A DNA stretch of 63,131 nucleotides, counting the filler, from an uncultured Myxococcia bacterium (lineage in GTDB: Bacteria; CAZTWC01), in the NCBI GenBank assembly GCA_964617105.1. It is 3 parts of 3 records of this genome, joined end to end, with 100 filler letters (N's around TTAATTAATTAA, not from the genome) between each part and the next. Parts side by side here need not be neighbours in the genome. Positions count along the whole stretch, not along the records: positions 1 to 21,669 come from CAZTWC010000030.1; 2 more parts are not named here. One strand, written 5' to 3'. Of this stretch, positions 7,293 through 17,654 are shown one piece after another; the first letter of the stretch is position 1; each line of letters starts with the position of its first letter. A program made the position numbers and the translations under genes. The notes beneath the pieces are model-generated. The model had not been told where the DNA came from and did not search any database. It worked only from the letters and a program-made list of their open reading frames with translations.

Positions 7293-8582
7293 ATGGCCCT
7301 AATAAAATCTACTTCTAAAACTCCGAAAAAATCTTTCCGGCTCAATCAACTGGTTACTTTTTTTATCACCTGGCTCAGTTATGCCGCCTATTATCTAACC
7401 CGAAAAAACTTCAGCGTAGTCAAAAGTACCCTAAAAGAGCAATTGGGCGTTTCGGTAATACATCTCGGTTATATAGATACCATCTACCTGGCGCTCTATT
7501 CGGTGGGACAATTTATCAACGGTGGGCTGGGCGACAAGTTTGGGCCAAAAAAAATCATCTTTGTGGGTATGGTATGCTCGGCTTTATGCTCCTGCCTCTT
7601 TGGTCTTTCCAACGGCTTTCTGCTCTTTGCTCTGTTCTTTGGTCTAAACGGATATTTCCAGTCCACCGGCTGGCCCAATAATGTAAAGGCAATGACTCCC
7701 TGGTTTACAGACCGGCAACGGGGCAAAGTAATGGGACTTTGGTGCACCAACTACCAGGTTGGCGGCCTGGCGGCCACTGCTCTGGCCTCTTTTTTACTAC
7801 AACAGTACGGATGGCGTTCAACTTTTCTAACACCAGCCACTCTGGTTGCTGTCGTAGCGCTAATGGTGCTGATTTTTCTAAAAGAAAAACCCTCTGACCT
7901 GGACGCTGAAAATATTGACACCAGAGAAAACAGTCTACCAGATTCAGCCCAAACGATTGAAGAGAGTTCAAACCAGAGTATTTTTTCCATGCTTAAAATA
8001 CCTGCTCTCTTGAGTTTTGGTCTCTCCTATTTCGGTCTTAAACTGATCCGTTACAGCCTGCTATTCTGGCTGCCCTTCTATCTGAACACAGTGCTGGGAT
8101 ATCCACGTCATACTGCCGGTTATATGTCAATCTCCTTTGAAATTGGTGGTATTTTCGGGGCAATATTCACCGGTTGGCTGTCGGATAACTACTTTAGCCA
8201 CAATCGGGTCCGGCTGTTGGTGCCGATGTTGTTGGGATTGGCCTTAGCCCTTTTCATCTACCCTCAAGTGGGGAACTTGAGCCCCATGGCCAATATCCTC
8301 TCCATGGCCCTGGTAGGTATGTTGCTGGTGGGGCCGGACTCCCTGATCTCCGGTGCCTGCGCCCAGGATATTGGCGGTAATCTCAAAGCCGCATCAGTAG
8401 CAGGTATTATCAATGGTATTGGCTCTGTTGGCGCTATCTGCCAGGGAATGGTTACCGCTTTTATCAGCCGGAAATGGGGCTGGAATTTCCTGTTTTACTT
8501 CTTTGTGCTGGTGGCAACCTTCTCATCTCTTGTTCTTTTACCCTTGGCTCTAAAATCAAAGTTAAAAAAAGAAACTTCCTAA
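7293..8582 (+). CDS. MFS transporter, OPA (GlpT/UhpC sugar-phosphate) family
   Basis: YYLTRKNFS, GLNGYFQSTGWP, WF..RQRG motifs; about 12 TM segments. Confidence 0.88.
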   Translation: MALIKSTSKTPKKSFRLNQLVTFFITWLSYAAYYLTRKNFSVVKSTLKEQLGVSVIHLGYIDTIYLALYSVGQFINGGLGDKFGPKKIIFVGMVCSALCSCLFGLSNGFLLFALFFGLNGYFQSTGWPNNVKAMTPWFTDRQRGKVMGLWCTNYQVGGLAATALASFLLQQYGWRSTFLTPATLVAVVALMVLIFLKEKPSDLDAENIDTRENSLPDSAQTIEESSNQSIFSMLKIPALLSFGLSYFGLKLIRYSLLFWLPFYLNTVLGYPRHTAGYMSISFEIGGIFGAIFTGWLSDNYFSHNRVRLLVPMLLGLALALFIYPQVGNLSPMANILSMALVGMLLVGPDSLISGACAQDIGGNLKAASVAGIINGIGSVGAICQGMVTAFISRKWGWNFLFYFFVLVATFSSLVLLPLALKSKLKKETS

Positions 8583-8583
8583 G

Positions 8584-10227
8584 ATGAAGAGATATGCTTT
8601 TTTACCTACGCTGGTTTTTCTGTTTTTTATCTACCAATTCTGTTCAGGAAAATTGGAAAAATCAGCCCTGGGCCAAGATCTCCCCTGTCCTCCAAATCAA
8701 ATCGCCTGCTGGCAAAAACTTATCCAGCAACCAAAAACCACCGACCAGTTGGAACCTGTTTTACAGCAAATAAAAACCCTGTCCAGGGAAAAACCGGAGA
8801 ACCGGAGCTGGCAATTACTGTTGGCCAAAACTTACCTCACTGACAACAACCACTTTTGGGCCCGCAACATCTTAAACCGCTATTTAGAACTAAAACCTGC
8901 TGACTGTGAGGTTATCTCCTGGCTGGCCTGGATCAGCCTGGCTGAAGGTGACTTGGAGGGAGCCACCGACCTGCTGCAGAGAGCTAATTGTGGTTTTGCA
9001 AAACCAGGAGCAACTAAATTAACTAAACAAAATCAAAAGTTAAAAGCGCTTACTGTCAGATTGCAACTCTTAAGGGCTCTGCTAAATTACCTCCGGCAAA
9101 AGCCGGCTGAAGCTATGAACTACCTGGAGGAATCTCTCCTCTATAATCATATTTTTCATGAAGATCTGCTCTTACGACGTTACAGCGGAAATTTGCTACA
9201 GTTCAAACACTTTTCCCCACTCTCTATTCGCCTGGATGGAACCCTGGGGTACACCACCAATGCCCTGGGAAGTTTTCCGGCTGATACTGCTGCTTCAGAG
9301 GATAGTTCAGCCAGTTCTCTGGCCCAAATATTCCTTTGGCTTCAGTTTATCCCCTTCCATTATCCACTCTTTGATCCAGTATTGGAAGGAGATATGCGTG
9401 CACAATGGTTTTCAGCCCAAAAGGCTAGTTCAATTAACTATCTTGATCTTTCCGCCAGGCCGGGGATAATTATATCTAACCTGGGTCCCCGGATTACCAT
9501 AAACTATAATCTTCAAACCCTGTTTCTGCTTATGGGAGACAAGTATAAAAAATCAAAACCCATCCTTTTTTTCGAGGCTCACCGAATAGAATTAGAATTT
9601 ATGGGGAAAGGATTTTCTGCCTTTTTAGCCGGTGGCAAACGATTATTCCGAGAGATGACCCGAAATCGGTGGGAAGTTGAAAGTTGGCTGGGAAATTTTT
9701 TTCGACCAATGTCAAACCTCAGTTTAACTACTGCTCTGGCTTTAAAATTTCACCAGGCTGATAATCAGGCCTATAACCTTTACGGTCTAAAGGGATTAGC
9801 TTCATTTAAATACCAGATAAACCGTGATCTATATTCCCGTATTGGCTCAGTGCTGGGCTGGGATTATTATCCCCAATCAAAAGAATTTTTCCAGCCCAAT
9901 AAAATTCGGCGGGATATTTTACTCAAACTTTCCTCCAGCCTTTGGTATAGACTATGGCGGCAATGGCGCCTGGGAATCACCTATGAATACTCCCAACGCT
10001 TTTCAACCGCTCTAAAATACAAATTCATTGATCAAAGATTACTATTTAAAACCTTTTGGCAAGGTAATTTTGACCCCTGGGAGCCCCAGGCTATTTCCGT
10101 AAAAAATCATGTAGAGATGGATTATGGTTTAAAAGAGGAACTTGAGCAGGGGGATTTACAAGACCGGATATCGGATCTCCTGCGTCAAGATGAAGCCAGC
10201 CGGCGGGGTTCATCCTGTTTAGAATAG
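8584..10227 (+). CDS. Exported TPR protein with predicted C-terminal outer-membrane beta-barrel
   Basis: Signal peptide, TPR-like helices, then amphipathic aromatic-rich beta strands (GYTTN, LGITYEYSQRFS). Confidence 0.55.
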   Translation: MKRYAFLPTLVFLFFIYQFCSGKLEKSALGQDLPCPPNQIACWQKLIQQPKTTDQLEPVLQQIKTLSREKPENRSWQLLLAKTYLTDNNHFWARNILNRYLELKPADCEVISWLAWISLAEGDLEGATDLLQRANCGFAKPGATKLTKQNQKLKALTVRLQLLRALLNYLRQKPAEAMNYLEESLLYNHIFHEDLLLRRYSGNLLQFKHFSPLSIRLDGTLGYTTNALGSFPADTAASEDSSASSLAQIFLWLQFIPFHYPLFDPVLEGDMRAQWFSAQKASSINYLDLSARPGIIISNLGPRITINYNLQTLFLLMGDKYKKSKPILFFEAHRIELEFMGKGFSAFLAGGKRLFREMTRNRWEVESWLGNFFRPMSNLSLTTALALKFHQADNQAYNLYGLKGLASFKYQINRDLYSRIGSVLGWDYYPQSKEFFQPNKIRRDILLKLSSSLWYRLWRQWRLGITYEYSQRFSTALKYKFIDQRLLFKTFWQGNFDPWEPQAISVKNHVEMDYGLKEELEQGDLQDRISDLLRQDEASRRGSSCLE

Positions 10228-11297
10228 TTCCCATCCGAGCACCTGGAATGTTTATCCCGAGATTCCGATTCCCGTCCCAACTCTCGATACAATAAAATTC
10301 CGCCAATAGTAACATTCACATACAACGTGCAAAACCGCCATAATATGGTATAAATCGGGGCCAGGGAATTTTGTATCATGGTTCCCATTAATATCAGGGA
10401 AGAAACCTCGGCTAAGCCTGCCGCTCCCGGAGTGGGACTAAAGTAGTTGAGCAGTATAATTAAAAGTTGAATATACATTACCTCCAAAACATTTACCTCT
10501 ACCCCTAATCCCCTTAAAAGAAAGTAGGGGATCACAAAACGTTTGGCAAAAAACAGGCAGGTGCATATAAAACCCAATAAAAAAGCCAACTTGCCTCGGC
10601 GTATCATCAACAATACCGATTCCCGATAAACCAGAAGTCCTTTTCTGATCTTTTCTAACCCTTTTTTTCCCAGACCTTTTTTATCACTCCATAACCCGCT
10701 CCTTCTAATACCTTTATATATAAAGGCCAAAAAATAGGAGATGGGACCTGGAAAAAAGACCGAAAAAAGAAACATCGAACTAAAAGAGGCTACGATTATT
10801 GCCGCACTTTTTAGCATCAAGTGAAAATGGGCTGCCATGTTGGGAGGAATAAAAAAAGAAACCGTTACCAGGCAGGAGGTTAAAAAGAGCAAAGTGCAGA
10901 TAAAAGTCAGCAAGGCGCCGGAAGTGGCCTGAGAAATCGAAATACCGTCACGGGTAATGAAATAGATCTGAGCGATACCTCCGCCGGTTTGGGATGGAGT
11001 GGCGGCGCCCAGGAAAATATTGCCGTATTCCGCTTTTACCGAAGTTAAATAGGTCATGCGAGGATTGATGGTTTTTACGATAGCATAGTTGCGTAAACCG
11101 CCAATAAATCCCTCCAGCCAGGATAAGCCCAGAGCAACCAATAAAAAATATATATTGCTGCGACTAAAAATTTCGGCCCAGCGTAAAGATCCCTCGCTCC
11201 TTTCTCCTCCAAAGGAGTAAAAAAATATTCCCAGTTGAGCAATCAGCGAAATAATTACAAATATTTTTATACCCAGGAGTATTTTTTTTTTATCCAT
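10185..11297 (-). CDS. Lysylphosphatidylglycerol synthase TM-domain / flippase-like (UPF0104) membrane protein
   Basis: ATPSQTGG, SPTPGAAGLAE and LWRF motifs; multiple TM helices. Confidence 0.85.
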   Translation of the reverse strand: MDKKKILLGIKIFVIISLIAQLGIFFYSFGGERSEGSLRWAEIFSRSNIYFLLVALGLSWLEGFIGGLRNYAIVKTINPRMTYLTSVKAEYGNIFLGAATPSQTGGGIAQIYFITRDGISISQATSGALLTFICTLLFLTSCLVTVSFFIPPNMAAHFHLMLKSAAIIVASFSSMFLFSVFFPGPISYFLAFIYKGIRRSGLWSDKKGLGKKGLEKIRKGLLVYRESVLLMIRRGKLAFLLGFICTCLFFAKRFVIPYFLLRGLGVEVNVLEVMYIQLLIILLNYFSPTPGAAGLAEVSSLILMGTMIQNSLAPIYTILWRFCTLYVNVTIGGILLYRELGRESESRDKHSRCSDGNYSKQDEPRRLASS

Positions 11298-11489
11298 AGT
11301 ATTTTGAAATTAACGATAGGTTTAACTCCCGGCACTTTAACCCGGTGAAACAGTTCTGCTCCGGTTGGAAGCCGGATTGCATCGGGTGAATGTCAGGTTG
11401 ATAAATATGACCATTATAATAATCATTTTGCAAGATATTTTTGTCAATTCTTTTTTAGTGAGGGTTCTATTTTTTAATCTAAATAGAGC

Positions 11490-11552
11490 TTGTAATAACT
11501 CCATAAATAATATACATTGTAGACTTTAAGAAAATGAATGAGTATTCATTCA
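11490..11552 (+). promoter_or_regulatory. fadN promoter with FadR(YsiA/TetR)-type palindromic operator
   Basis: TTGTAA-N17-TACATT (11490-11518) followed by TGAATGAGTATTCATTCA (11535-11552), matching the TGAATGANTANTCATTCA box. Confidence 0.75.
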
Positions 11553-11723
11553 GTACTTGTTGGGCTCAGCTTTACTGGGGCTGAAGAACTTAGCCCCCCT
11601 CAATAACTACCTTAATTGTTCATCCGGGAATTCACTTTGTTGTTAAATTAGGATGAACACCTCCTAGTAATATAGGGGATATTACTAGCGGGATTATTAA
11701 CCCATAATTGTGGAGGAGTTGCA

Positions 11724-14135
11724 ATGACCCGAGAAATCAAAAAAGTCGCAGTACTTGGTGGCGGTATCATGGGAAGCGGTATCGCAGCCCATTTGGCCAA
11801 CGCCGGTATCCCTTCCGTAATTCTCGACATCGTACCCAGAGAGTTAACCGAGCACGATAAATCTGCCGGGATTGGTACCGATAGTCCAGCATTTCGGAAC
11901 AGATTTTCCCAGGCTGGAATTCAAAATGCTCTCAAGGCCAGACCGGCCGCCTTTTATCACAAATCTTTCGCCAATATGATCCAGGCAGGAAACTATGAAG
12001 ATAACATGGATATGCTTCAAGAAGTTGACTGGGTGGTAGAAGCGGTAGTAGAAAACCTGGATATCAAGAAAAAGGTATTTGAAAGCGTAGAGAAAAATGT
12101 CCGCCCGGGCACCCTGGTAACCTCCAACACCTCTGGAATACCACTTAGAGATATGCTGGAAGGACGTGGCGAAGATTTCCGCCGCCATTTCTTTATTACT
12201 CACTTTTTCAATCCAGTTCGTTACCTTAAATTATTAGAATTGGTTCAAGGCACTGAAACCTCAGAAGAGGTGGTTCAGAATTTTGCCAGTTTCGGCGAAA
12301 ACGTGCTTGGCAAAGGTATAGTGTGGGCCAAAGATACCCCCAGTTTTATCGGCAACCGTATCGGCATCTTTGCTATTATGAATACGGTTAAATGGATGAT
12401 GGATGGTGAATATAAAATAGAAGAGGTAGACAAACTCTTTGGACCGCCCATGGGCCGTCCAAAGAGTGCTGCCTTCAGAACCGCCGACCTGGTGGGAATA
12501 GATACTTTTTTACATGTGGCCGACAACTGCTACAAAGATTTACCAGATGATGAAGCCCGGGATATTTTCAAGGCGCCCCAGTTTATGCGCACCATGATGG
12601 ACAAAGGATGGTTAGGCAGCAAGGCAAAACAAGGCTTTTACAAGAAAGACAAAGATGAAAAGGGCAAAAGGGTTATCCTCTCCATGGATTACAATACCAT
12701 GGACTATAATCCTCAGGTAAAAGTTAAATACAAGAGTCTCAAAGATGCTAAAAAGTTTAATAGCCTGGGTGAGCGTATAAAACATCTGGTTTGGTCAGAA
12801 GACCGGGGCGGAGAGATCGCCTGGAAGGTTACCAGAGACACCCTGCTCTATTCCGCCCGCCGTATTCCAGAGATAGCCGATGATGTGGTTAATATTGACA
12901 ACGGTATGAAATGGGGTTTTGGTTGGGAAATGGGACCCTTTGAAACCTGGGATGCCATCGGCCTTAAAGAGTCGGTAGAAAGAATGGAAAAAGAGGGTTT
13001 TGAAATTCCCTCCCTGGTGGAAGACGTGCTGAAAAAGGGCGGCGGTGCTTTCTACACTCGTAAAGAGGGCAGCCGCTATTTCTTTGATGTGGGTAAAAAA
13101 GATTTCCAACTGGAACCCAAGAGATCTTACAGCATTGAACTTTTGGGGCTCAAAGAGAAAGAGAAAGTTGTGTTGAAAAACGACAGCACCAACTTAATCG
13201 ACCTGGGTGATGGAGTTGCTTGTCTGGAGTTCAACAGCAAAATGAACGCTATTGACGATGACATTATCCAAATGATGTTTGATGCTGAAAAAGAAGTGAA
13301 AAAGAATTTTGAGGGTCTGGTTATCGGTAATCAGGCAGATCACTTTTCAGTAGGCGCCAACCTGTTTATGATCTCTCTGGCAATTCAAAACAAAGAGTGG
13401 GACAGACTGGGAACGATGGTGGATGGATTCCAACAGGCAAACCAGTTAATGAAATACTGTGACTTCCCCACGGTTTCAACTCCCCACGGTATGGTACTGG
13501 GCGGCGGCTGCGAAGTTTGCCTGGGCACTAACGCTATAATAGCCTGCGGTGAAACTTACATGGGCTTGGTAGAAGTGGGCGCTGGTGTTATCCCGGCGGG
13601 CGGCGGCTGTAAAGAGATGCTAATTAGAAATCTGGGTGGAGTTAAAAGCGATACCGAAGTAGATATTTTCTCTTTTGCCAGAAGAGCCTTTATGACCCTG
13701 GGCATGGCCAAAGTGGCCACCAGTGGAGTGGAAGCCCAAGATCTAAGTTTCCTGAGTCCTACTGATAAAATTACCATCAACAAAGACAGGCTTCTATTTG
13801 AAGCCAAACAAATGGTGTTGGGTATGGCCAGAGCAGGATTCACCCCTCCCAGGGTAAGAACCGATATTAGAGTTGCCGGAGAAACCGGTTACGCCAATCT
13901 TTGCTATGGCGTAAATTCCATGAAGGAATCTGGTTGGATATCTGAATACGATGAATTTATCGGCAAAAAACTGGCCTATGTCCTGTGCGGCGGAGATGTG
14001 CCTTATGATACCAAAGTGGATGAAGATCATCTCCTGGCCTTGGAAAAAGAGGCTTTCTTGAGTCTCTGCGGACAACAAAAAACCTTGGATAGGATGCAAT
14101 CCCTGGTGATGACTGGCAAGCCATTACGCAATTAG
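11724..14135 (+). CDS. fadN: 3-hydroxyacyl-CoA dehydrogenase / enoyl-CoA hydratase (FadN-type)
   Basis: GGGIMGSG, EAVVE, SNTSG and HFFNP motifs; C-terminal crotonase domain (LGGGCE, GLVEVGAG). Confidence 0.93.
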   Translation: MTREIKKVAVLGGGIMGSGIAAHLANAGIPSVILDIVPRELTEHDKSAGIGTDSPAFRNRFSQAGIQNALKARPAAFYHKSFANMIQAGNYEDNMDMLQEVDWVVEAVVENLDIKKKVFESVEKNVRPGTLVTSNTSGIPLRDMLEGRGEDFRRHFFITHFFNPVRYLKLLELVQGTETSEEVVQNFASFGENVLGKGIVWAKDTPSFIGNRIGIFAIMNTVKWMMDGEYKIEEVDKLFGPPMGRPKSAAFRTADLVGIDTFLHVADNCYKDLPDDEARDIFKAPQFMRTMMDKGWLGSKAKQGFYKKDKDEKGKRVILSMDYNTMDYNPQVKVKYKSLKDAKKFNSLGERIKHLVWSEDRGGEIAWKVTRDTLLYSARRIPEIADDVVNIDNGMKWGFGWEMGPFETWDAIGLKESVERMEKEGFEIPSLVEDVLKKGGGAFYTRKEGSRYFFDVGKKDFQLEPKRSYSIELLGLKEKEKVVLKNDSTNLIDLGDGVACLEFNSKMNAIDDDIIQMMFDAEKEVKKNFEGLVIGNQADHFSVGANLFMISLAIQNKEWDRLGTMVDGFQQANQLMKYCDFPTVSTPHGMVLGGGCEVCLGTNAIIACGETYMGLVEVGAGVIPAGGGCKEMLIRNLGGVKSDTEVDIFSFARRAFMTLGMAKVATSGVEAQDLSFLSPTDKITINKDRLLFEAKQMVLGMARAGFTPPRVRTDIRVAGETGYANLCYGVNSMKESGWISEYDEFIGKKLAYVLCGGDVPYDTKVDEDHLLALEKEAFLSLCGQQKTLDRMQSLVMTGKPLRN

Positions 14136-14196
14136 TTGATATCAAAAGGATTGTAAGATTACAAAAAACTAATTAAAGATAATAGGAGTAGATATC

Positions 14197-15366
14197 ATGA
14201 GAGAAGCAGTAATCGTTGCCGCTTGCCGGACAGCCTCCGGCAGGGCTAAAAAAGGTACCTTGCGCCATACCCGGCCAGATGATATGACCGCCTGGGTGCT
14301 GGAAGAGGTTATAAATAGAGCGGATGGAATTAAAAAGGAAGATGTTGACGATATTATCATAGGCTGCGCTATGCCCGAGGGTGAACAGGGAATGAACGTG
14401 GCCCGTATCGCCTCCTTCAGAGCCGGTTTTCCGGTGGCTGTGCCCGCCATGACCGTTAACCGTTTCTGTACATCAGGACTGCAGACCATTGCTCTGGCCG
14501 CCCAGAATATTATCTGTGGTTTAAACGACACCATCATTGCCGGCGGAGTGGAAAGTATGACCATGGTGCCCATGGGTGGTAATAAGCCCTGCATAAACCC
14601 CTATCTCATTAATAACTGGCCAGAAACTTACATGGCTATGGGTACTACCGCTGAAGTGGTTGCCAAAAAATACGGTATCACCAGAGAGATGCAGGATGAA
14701 TTCGCTTACAACAGCCACATGAAAGCCACCAAGGCCATTGAACAGGGTAAATTCAAGGGAGAGATCCTGCCCATTGATGTACGTTTTTATGATGACCAGA
14801 AAAAAGCCTGGCAGGAAACCACCTTTGATACTGATGAGTGTGTCCGGCCAGACACCACCAAGGAGGGACTGGCCAGATTGAGACCAGTCTTCGATCCCAA
14901 GGGAACCGTTACCGCCGGAACCGCCTCACCCATGAACGACGGCGCTGCAGCAGTGCTGGTTATGGAGCGGAAACTGGCGGAAAAGAGAGGGCTCAAACCG
15001 CTGGTTAAATTCCGTAATTTTCAGGTAGGCGGTGTAGCTCCGGAAGAGATGGGCATTGGACCCACCGTAGCTATCCCCAAACTTCTGGAAAAAGAGGGGC
15101 TCAAACTGGGAGACATCGGCGTAATCGAACTTAACGAAGCCTTTGCCGCTCAGAGTTTGGCCTGTCTGAAACTCCTGGAAATGGATGGGAAAAATGTCAA
15201 TGTCAACGGCGGTGCCATTGCTCTGGGGCATCCCCTGGGCGGAACCGGCACTAAACTCTCGGTATCCATTATTAACGAAATGTTAAGAGAAGACCATCAG
15301 TATGGCATGGTGAGCATGTGCATTGGTGGTGGCATGGGAGCTGCCGGACTATTTGAGAAAGTCTAA
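14197..15366 (+). CDS. fadA: Acetyl-CoA C-acyltransferase (thiolase)
   Basis: [18 protein letters not shown] and MCIGGG motifs. Confidence 0.95.
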   Translation: MREAVIVAACRTASGRAKKGTLRHTRPDDMTAWVLEEVINRADGIKKEDVDDIIIGCAMPEGEQGMNVARIASFRAGFPVAVPAMTVNRFCTSGLQTIALAAQNIICGLNDTIIAGGVESMTMVPMGGNKPCINPYLINNWPETYMAMGTTAEVVAKKYGITREMQDEFAYNSHMKATKAIEQGKFKGEILPIDVRFYDDQKKAWQETTFDTDECVRPDTTKEGLARLRPVFDPKGTVTAGTASPMNDGAAAVLVMERKLAEKRGLKPLVKFRNFQVGGVAPEEMGIGPTVAIPKLLEKEGLKLGDIGVIELNEAFAAQSLACLKLLEMDGKNVNVNGGAIALGHPLGGTGTKLSVSIINEMLREDHQYGMVSMCIGGGMGAAGLFEKV

Positions 15367-15417
15367 AATTAACTTCTAGCAACGAAGTTAATTCTCAAAC
15401 AGACACCGGAAAATTAT

Positions 15418-15466
15418 TCGGGATCTATTTTGTTCCAGGCGATTGAAATAGATCCCGATTTTTTTT
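15418..15466 (+). terminator. Intrinsic terminator after fadA (convergent with pta)
   Basis: 13-bp stem TCGGGATCTATTT/AAATAGATCCCGA plus T-run; a second 10-bp inverted repeat lies at 15367-15393. Confidence 0.75.
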
Positions 15467-17588
15467 ACTTTTCCCCGGCCTGCATAGCAGTGATGGCTAT
15501 GGTATTGATAATGTCGGGAACAGTACAACCCCGGCTTAAGTCGTTTACCGGTTTGTTTAAACCCTGGATTACCGGACCGATAGCCACCGCCTTAGCCGAT
15601 CTCTGAACCGCCTTGTAGGTGTTGTTGCCAGTATTCAGATCAGGAAAAATAAATACGGTGGCATTGCCCGCCACCTGGCTGCCCGGCAATTTTTTGGCTG
15701 CCACCGAGGGCTCTATAGCAGCATCGTATTGAATAGGGCCCTCCACCAACAAATCCGGATTTTGACTTTTCACTATTTTTACCGCCTCTTTTACTTTTTC
15801 TACATCTTTACCCTGGCCAGATTCACCGGTTGAATAGGAGAGCATAGCCACCCGTGGTTCAATTCCGAACTGGGCCGCTGTTTCAGCGCTGGAGATGGCT
15901 ATTTGAGCCAGTTGTTTGGCATCGGGATTGGGATTTACCGCACAGTCACCATAAATCAAGACTTTATCGGACAGGCACATTAAAAACACACTGGACACCA
16001 AGGATATTCCCGGTTTGGTCTTTACAAATTCCAAAGCCGGCCGCAAAGTGTGCCGGGTGGTATTTACCGACCCGGAAACCATTCCATGGGCATCTCCTTT
16101 ATATACCATCATGGTGCCAAAAGCGGTATGGTCACTAATGATATCCTGAGCCATCTCTTGAGTAATCCCTTTATGCTTACGTAATTCCCAGTAAGTCTGG
16201 GCATAATCGTCAAATTTCTCACTCTTATTAGGTTCTATTATGGTGTAATCCTCAAGATCCAATTCCAGGGTTTTGATTTTCATGGCTATCTTGGCAGGAT
16301 CACCCAACAGGACCACATCAACGATCTTTCTCTGAATCAGGTATTCGGCTCCCCGTAAGATCCTCTCCTCCTCGCCCTCAGGCAAAACTATTGTCCGGCG
16401 TTTATTCCTGGCCATCTGTAGCAATTTGTGCTGGAACAATTTGGGGGTTACCCGTGGATGTCGTTCGATATCCATCTTTTTTTTCAGTTCATCAGGATTG
16501 ATATACTTCTCAAATACCTGTTGAGCCAAATTGATCTTTTTCTGGTCATTGGGAGAAAAACTGGGAGGAATTTCCTTTACTCTTATAGCGGTCTGATAGG
16601 TATTGTATGGAACTGCCAAGATAGGGACTCTCAAAGATGTCAAACTCTTGATTAAATTACACACCCTTTCGTTGGGTTCCAGTTGGCCGGTCAGCAAAAT
16701 CCCGGAAACCTTGGGCATGTCGGAGGAAAAAAATGTCAATAGAGTGGTCAGCAGAATATCCACCCGGTCTCCAGGAGTTATTACCATGGTGCCATAGTCG
16801 ATATAGGGCAGTAAATTGCTAATATTCATAGCACCGATAATGTAATCGGCGATATAGTTATTCAATGACTTTTCACCAAAAAGCACTTTGGCGTTAAAAT
16901 ACTCCTTTAACTCCACCACCCGGTGACGGCCTAAAAGAGGCATCTCCGGCACCATCATCAATACCTTGTTATTGTCGGAAAATAGTTGGTCAGTTATGGT
17001 TTTACGGAATTTGTCCAACACCTGAGAATGTATCCGGTTCACTATTACGCCGAATATTTCACACCCTTTCTCCTCAAAAGCCTCCATCTGCAGCCTGACG
17101 TAGTCCACCACCTCCTCTTCAGTTCGTCCGGCACCGTTACATATCAAAAGTACGGGAGCATCGATATTGGCAGCCACAACGGTATTGATATCAAATTCAA
17201 GCGCAGTAGAAACATCGGTATAGTCGGTACCCGAACAGAGGACAAAATCGAAACGCGATTCATATTCTTTGTATTTATCAACTATTTTATCTAATAGGTC
17301 CTCCTGCCGTCCAGAAGAGATAAGCCTCTTGGCCTCCTCCAAGGTACAGGCATACATCTCCTCCGGCTGACTGTCCACCTGGTAAGTCTTTTGAATCAGT
17401 TCGATATCCCGATCAAGTTTACAGCAGTCAATATTATTTTTATCTTCGTTGTTATCGATTTTTTTGATAATGGGTCTAAAAAATCCCACCCGTTGTATAT
17501 AACGCTCCAGTAAACCCATTAAGCCTACTTCAACAGCAATTTTTCCGGTATGAGCTTCTGTGTTGGCAATATATAAACTCTTTAACAT
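15465..17588 (-). CDS. pta: Phosphate acetyltransferase (long form with BioD-like and DRTGG domains)
   Basis: VITPGDR, VLPEG, GDCAVNPNP, FPDLNTGNNTYK and NDLSRGC motifs. Confidence 0.96.
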   Translation of the reverse strand: MLKSLYIANTEAHTGKIAVEVGLMGLLERYIQRVGFFRPIIKKIDNNEDKNNIDCCKLDRDIELIQKTYQVDSQPEEMYACTLEEAKRLISSGRQEDLLDKIVDKYKEYESRFDFVLCSGTDYTDVSTALEFDINTVVAANIDAPVLLICNGAGRTEEEVVDYVRLQMEAFEEKGCEIFGVIVNRIHSQVLDKFRKTITDQLFSDNNKVLMMVPEMPLLGRHRVVELKEYFNAKVLFGEKSLNNYIADYIIGAMNISNLLPYIDYGTMVITPGDRVDILLTTLLTFFSSDMPKVSGILLTGQLEPNERVCNLIKSLTSLRVPILAVPYNTYQTAIRVKEIPPSFSPNDQKKINLAQQVFEKYINPDELKKKMDIERHPRVTPKLFQHKLLQMARNKRRTIVLPEGEEERILRGAEYLIQRKIVDVVLLGDPAKIAMKIKTLELDLEDYTIIEPNKSEKFDDYAQTYWELRKHKGITQEMAQDIISDHTAFGTMMVYKGDAHGMVSGSVNTTRHTLRPALEFVKTKPGISLVSSVFLMCLSDKVLIYGDCAVNPNPDAKQLAQIAISSAETAAQFGIEPRVAMLSYSTGESGQGKDVEKVKEAVKIVKSQNPDLLVEGPIQYDAAIEPSVAAKKLPGSQVAGNATVFIFPDLNTGNNTYKAVQRSAKAVAIGPVIQGLNKPVNDLSRGCTVPDIINTIAITAMQAGEK

Positions 17589-17654
17589 GACTGCATCTCC
17601 TTTTTAAGCACAAAAAGAATTTCCAATATTTTCCACTATCTAGTGTATATTACA

